Shown: positions 62,985-64,000 of the stretch, in pieces
Layout: every line of letters starts with the position of its first letter
Position numbering within the stretch: position 1 is the first letter of the stretch
Source: Mustelus asterias
Lineage: Eukaryota
Length of the DNA: 64,000 nucleotides
Assembly: GCF_964213995.1 (NCBI RefSeq)
Contig: NC_135805.1
Coordinates: 36,766,001 to 36,830,000 of the forward strand
Direction of reading: 5' to 3'
Translations under genes and position numbers: made by a program
Notes under the pieces: model-generated
Told to the model about the DNA's origin: nothing
Database searches by the model: none
Seen by the model: the letters and a program-made list of their open reading frames with translations, nothing else

Positions 62985-63279
62985 TGGCAAGCACAGTGGC
63001 AAAGTGGTTAGTACGGCAGAGACCCAGGTTCAATTCACCTGGGCCACTGTCTATGCGAAGTCTGCACATTCTCCCTGTGTCTGCATAGGTTTCCTCCAGG
63101 TGCTCCGGTTTCCTCCCACTGTCTGAAAAATCTGCTGGTTAGGTGCATTGGCCATGCTAAATTCTCCCTCAGTGTACCCGAACAGGTGCCGGAGTGTGGC
63201 AATTAGGGGATTTTCACAGTAACCGAATTGCTGTGTTAATATAAGCCTGCTTGTGATACCAATAAATAAACTAAACTTT
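62985..63279 (+). mobile_element. V-SINE with type 2 tail
   Basis: V-domain and ctcagtgtacccgaacagg..ttttcacagta..aataaataaac. Confidence 0.82.
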
Positions 63280-64000
63280 AGGTTGAAGTTTGAATGTTCA
63301 ATGGATTTGCTTCTAATTACTTCACTTTCAGAATTTGATGCTGAATACTGTGTGAAGTAGGTAATTAAAATAAAAATCTGTGCGCTTGAGCAATTGAAGT
63401 CACCACATCTGTAAAAGTTTGCCCGTCAGGATGAATTGGAATTGTCTCTTTGCAGGAAAGAATCAGGAAGAAATTGGGTTTTTTGAACAATCTGACAATA
63501 TCTGTAAGTTTCATAATGGAAATTGGTAAAGTCAATTTTAAAGGGCTCCAAGCAGAATAAACTAAAGCTACAATGTTGTCCAGTGACTCATGTGACTGTG
63601 TCATATGATTCCTCATTCTATATTTTAATAATTGTACCCATTGACTAGCTGAATATGCAGTAGAACAATGAGCTGCAAACAATTATATCCCGTGACGCAC
63701 TGATTGTTTAATAAATCTCAACAGACCGAAAAATTGGATAGCTTGCCAAAGGCTGGTGTTAATAATTGGTATCCTCAGATCATAGCAGTGTCACAGATGG
63801 AGATTCTAACCTCTCTGCACAGACCTGCTGTGGGCATTATTTGAAATTCGTCTAGCAGAACAAGCAAACAGTGCTGTTGGACGGAGGGATTCATTCTGCT
63901 TTAATTACAAAACTGCCTTTCACCCATTCTTCTGTGCTTAAAGAGGCAGTCGCTGTGGCATTAAAATGACGGTTGATTCACTTCCCCCTGCAATATCGCC

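Overview
Eukaryotic, repeat-dense, apparently non-coding (intronic or intergenic) DNA from a shark or other elasmobranch. The taxon is inferred from about 20 HE1-type V-SINEs, their partner CR1 (HER1-like) LINE fragments and SacSINE1-like DeuSINEs. I found no intact host gene. Nearly all listed ORFs are LINE or Penelope remnants or chance frames. The window holds Rex1/Babar and CR1 LINE fragments, three SINE families, PIF/Harbinger-like non-autonomous elements, three solo LTRs with 5-bp TSDs, a 26-bp minisatellite with higher-order structure, and a tRNA-Cys pseudogene. The most notable system is two Penelope-like (GIY-YIG) families whose ends carry minimal type-I hammerhead ribozyme motifs with palindromic stem III. 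They occur as tiny TSD-flanked insertions, a tandem ribozyme pair 44 nt apart, and a ~370-bp fold-back with a ribozyme on each strand. Also notable are a V-SINE with two alternative LINE-derived tails, several template-switch chimeras, and a few repeat-free enhancer-like islands. Family names come from motif recognition, not database searches. Boundaries of old repeats are approximate.
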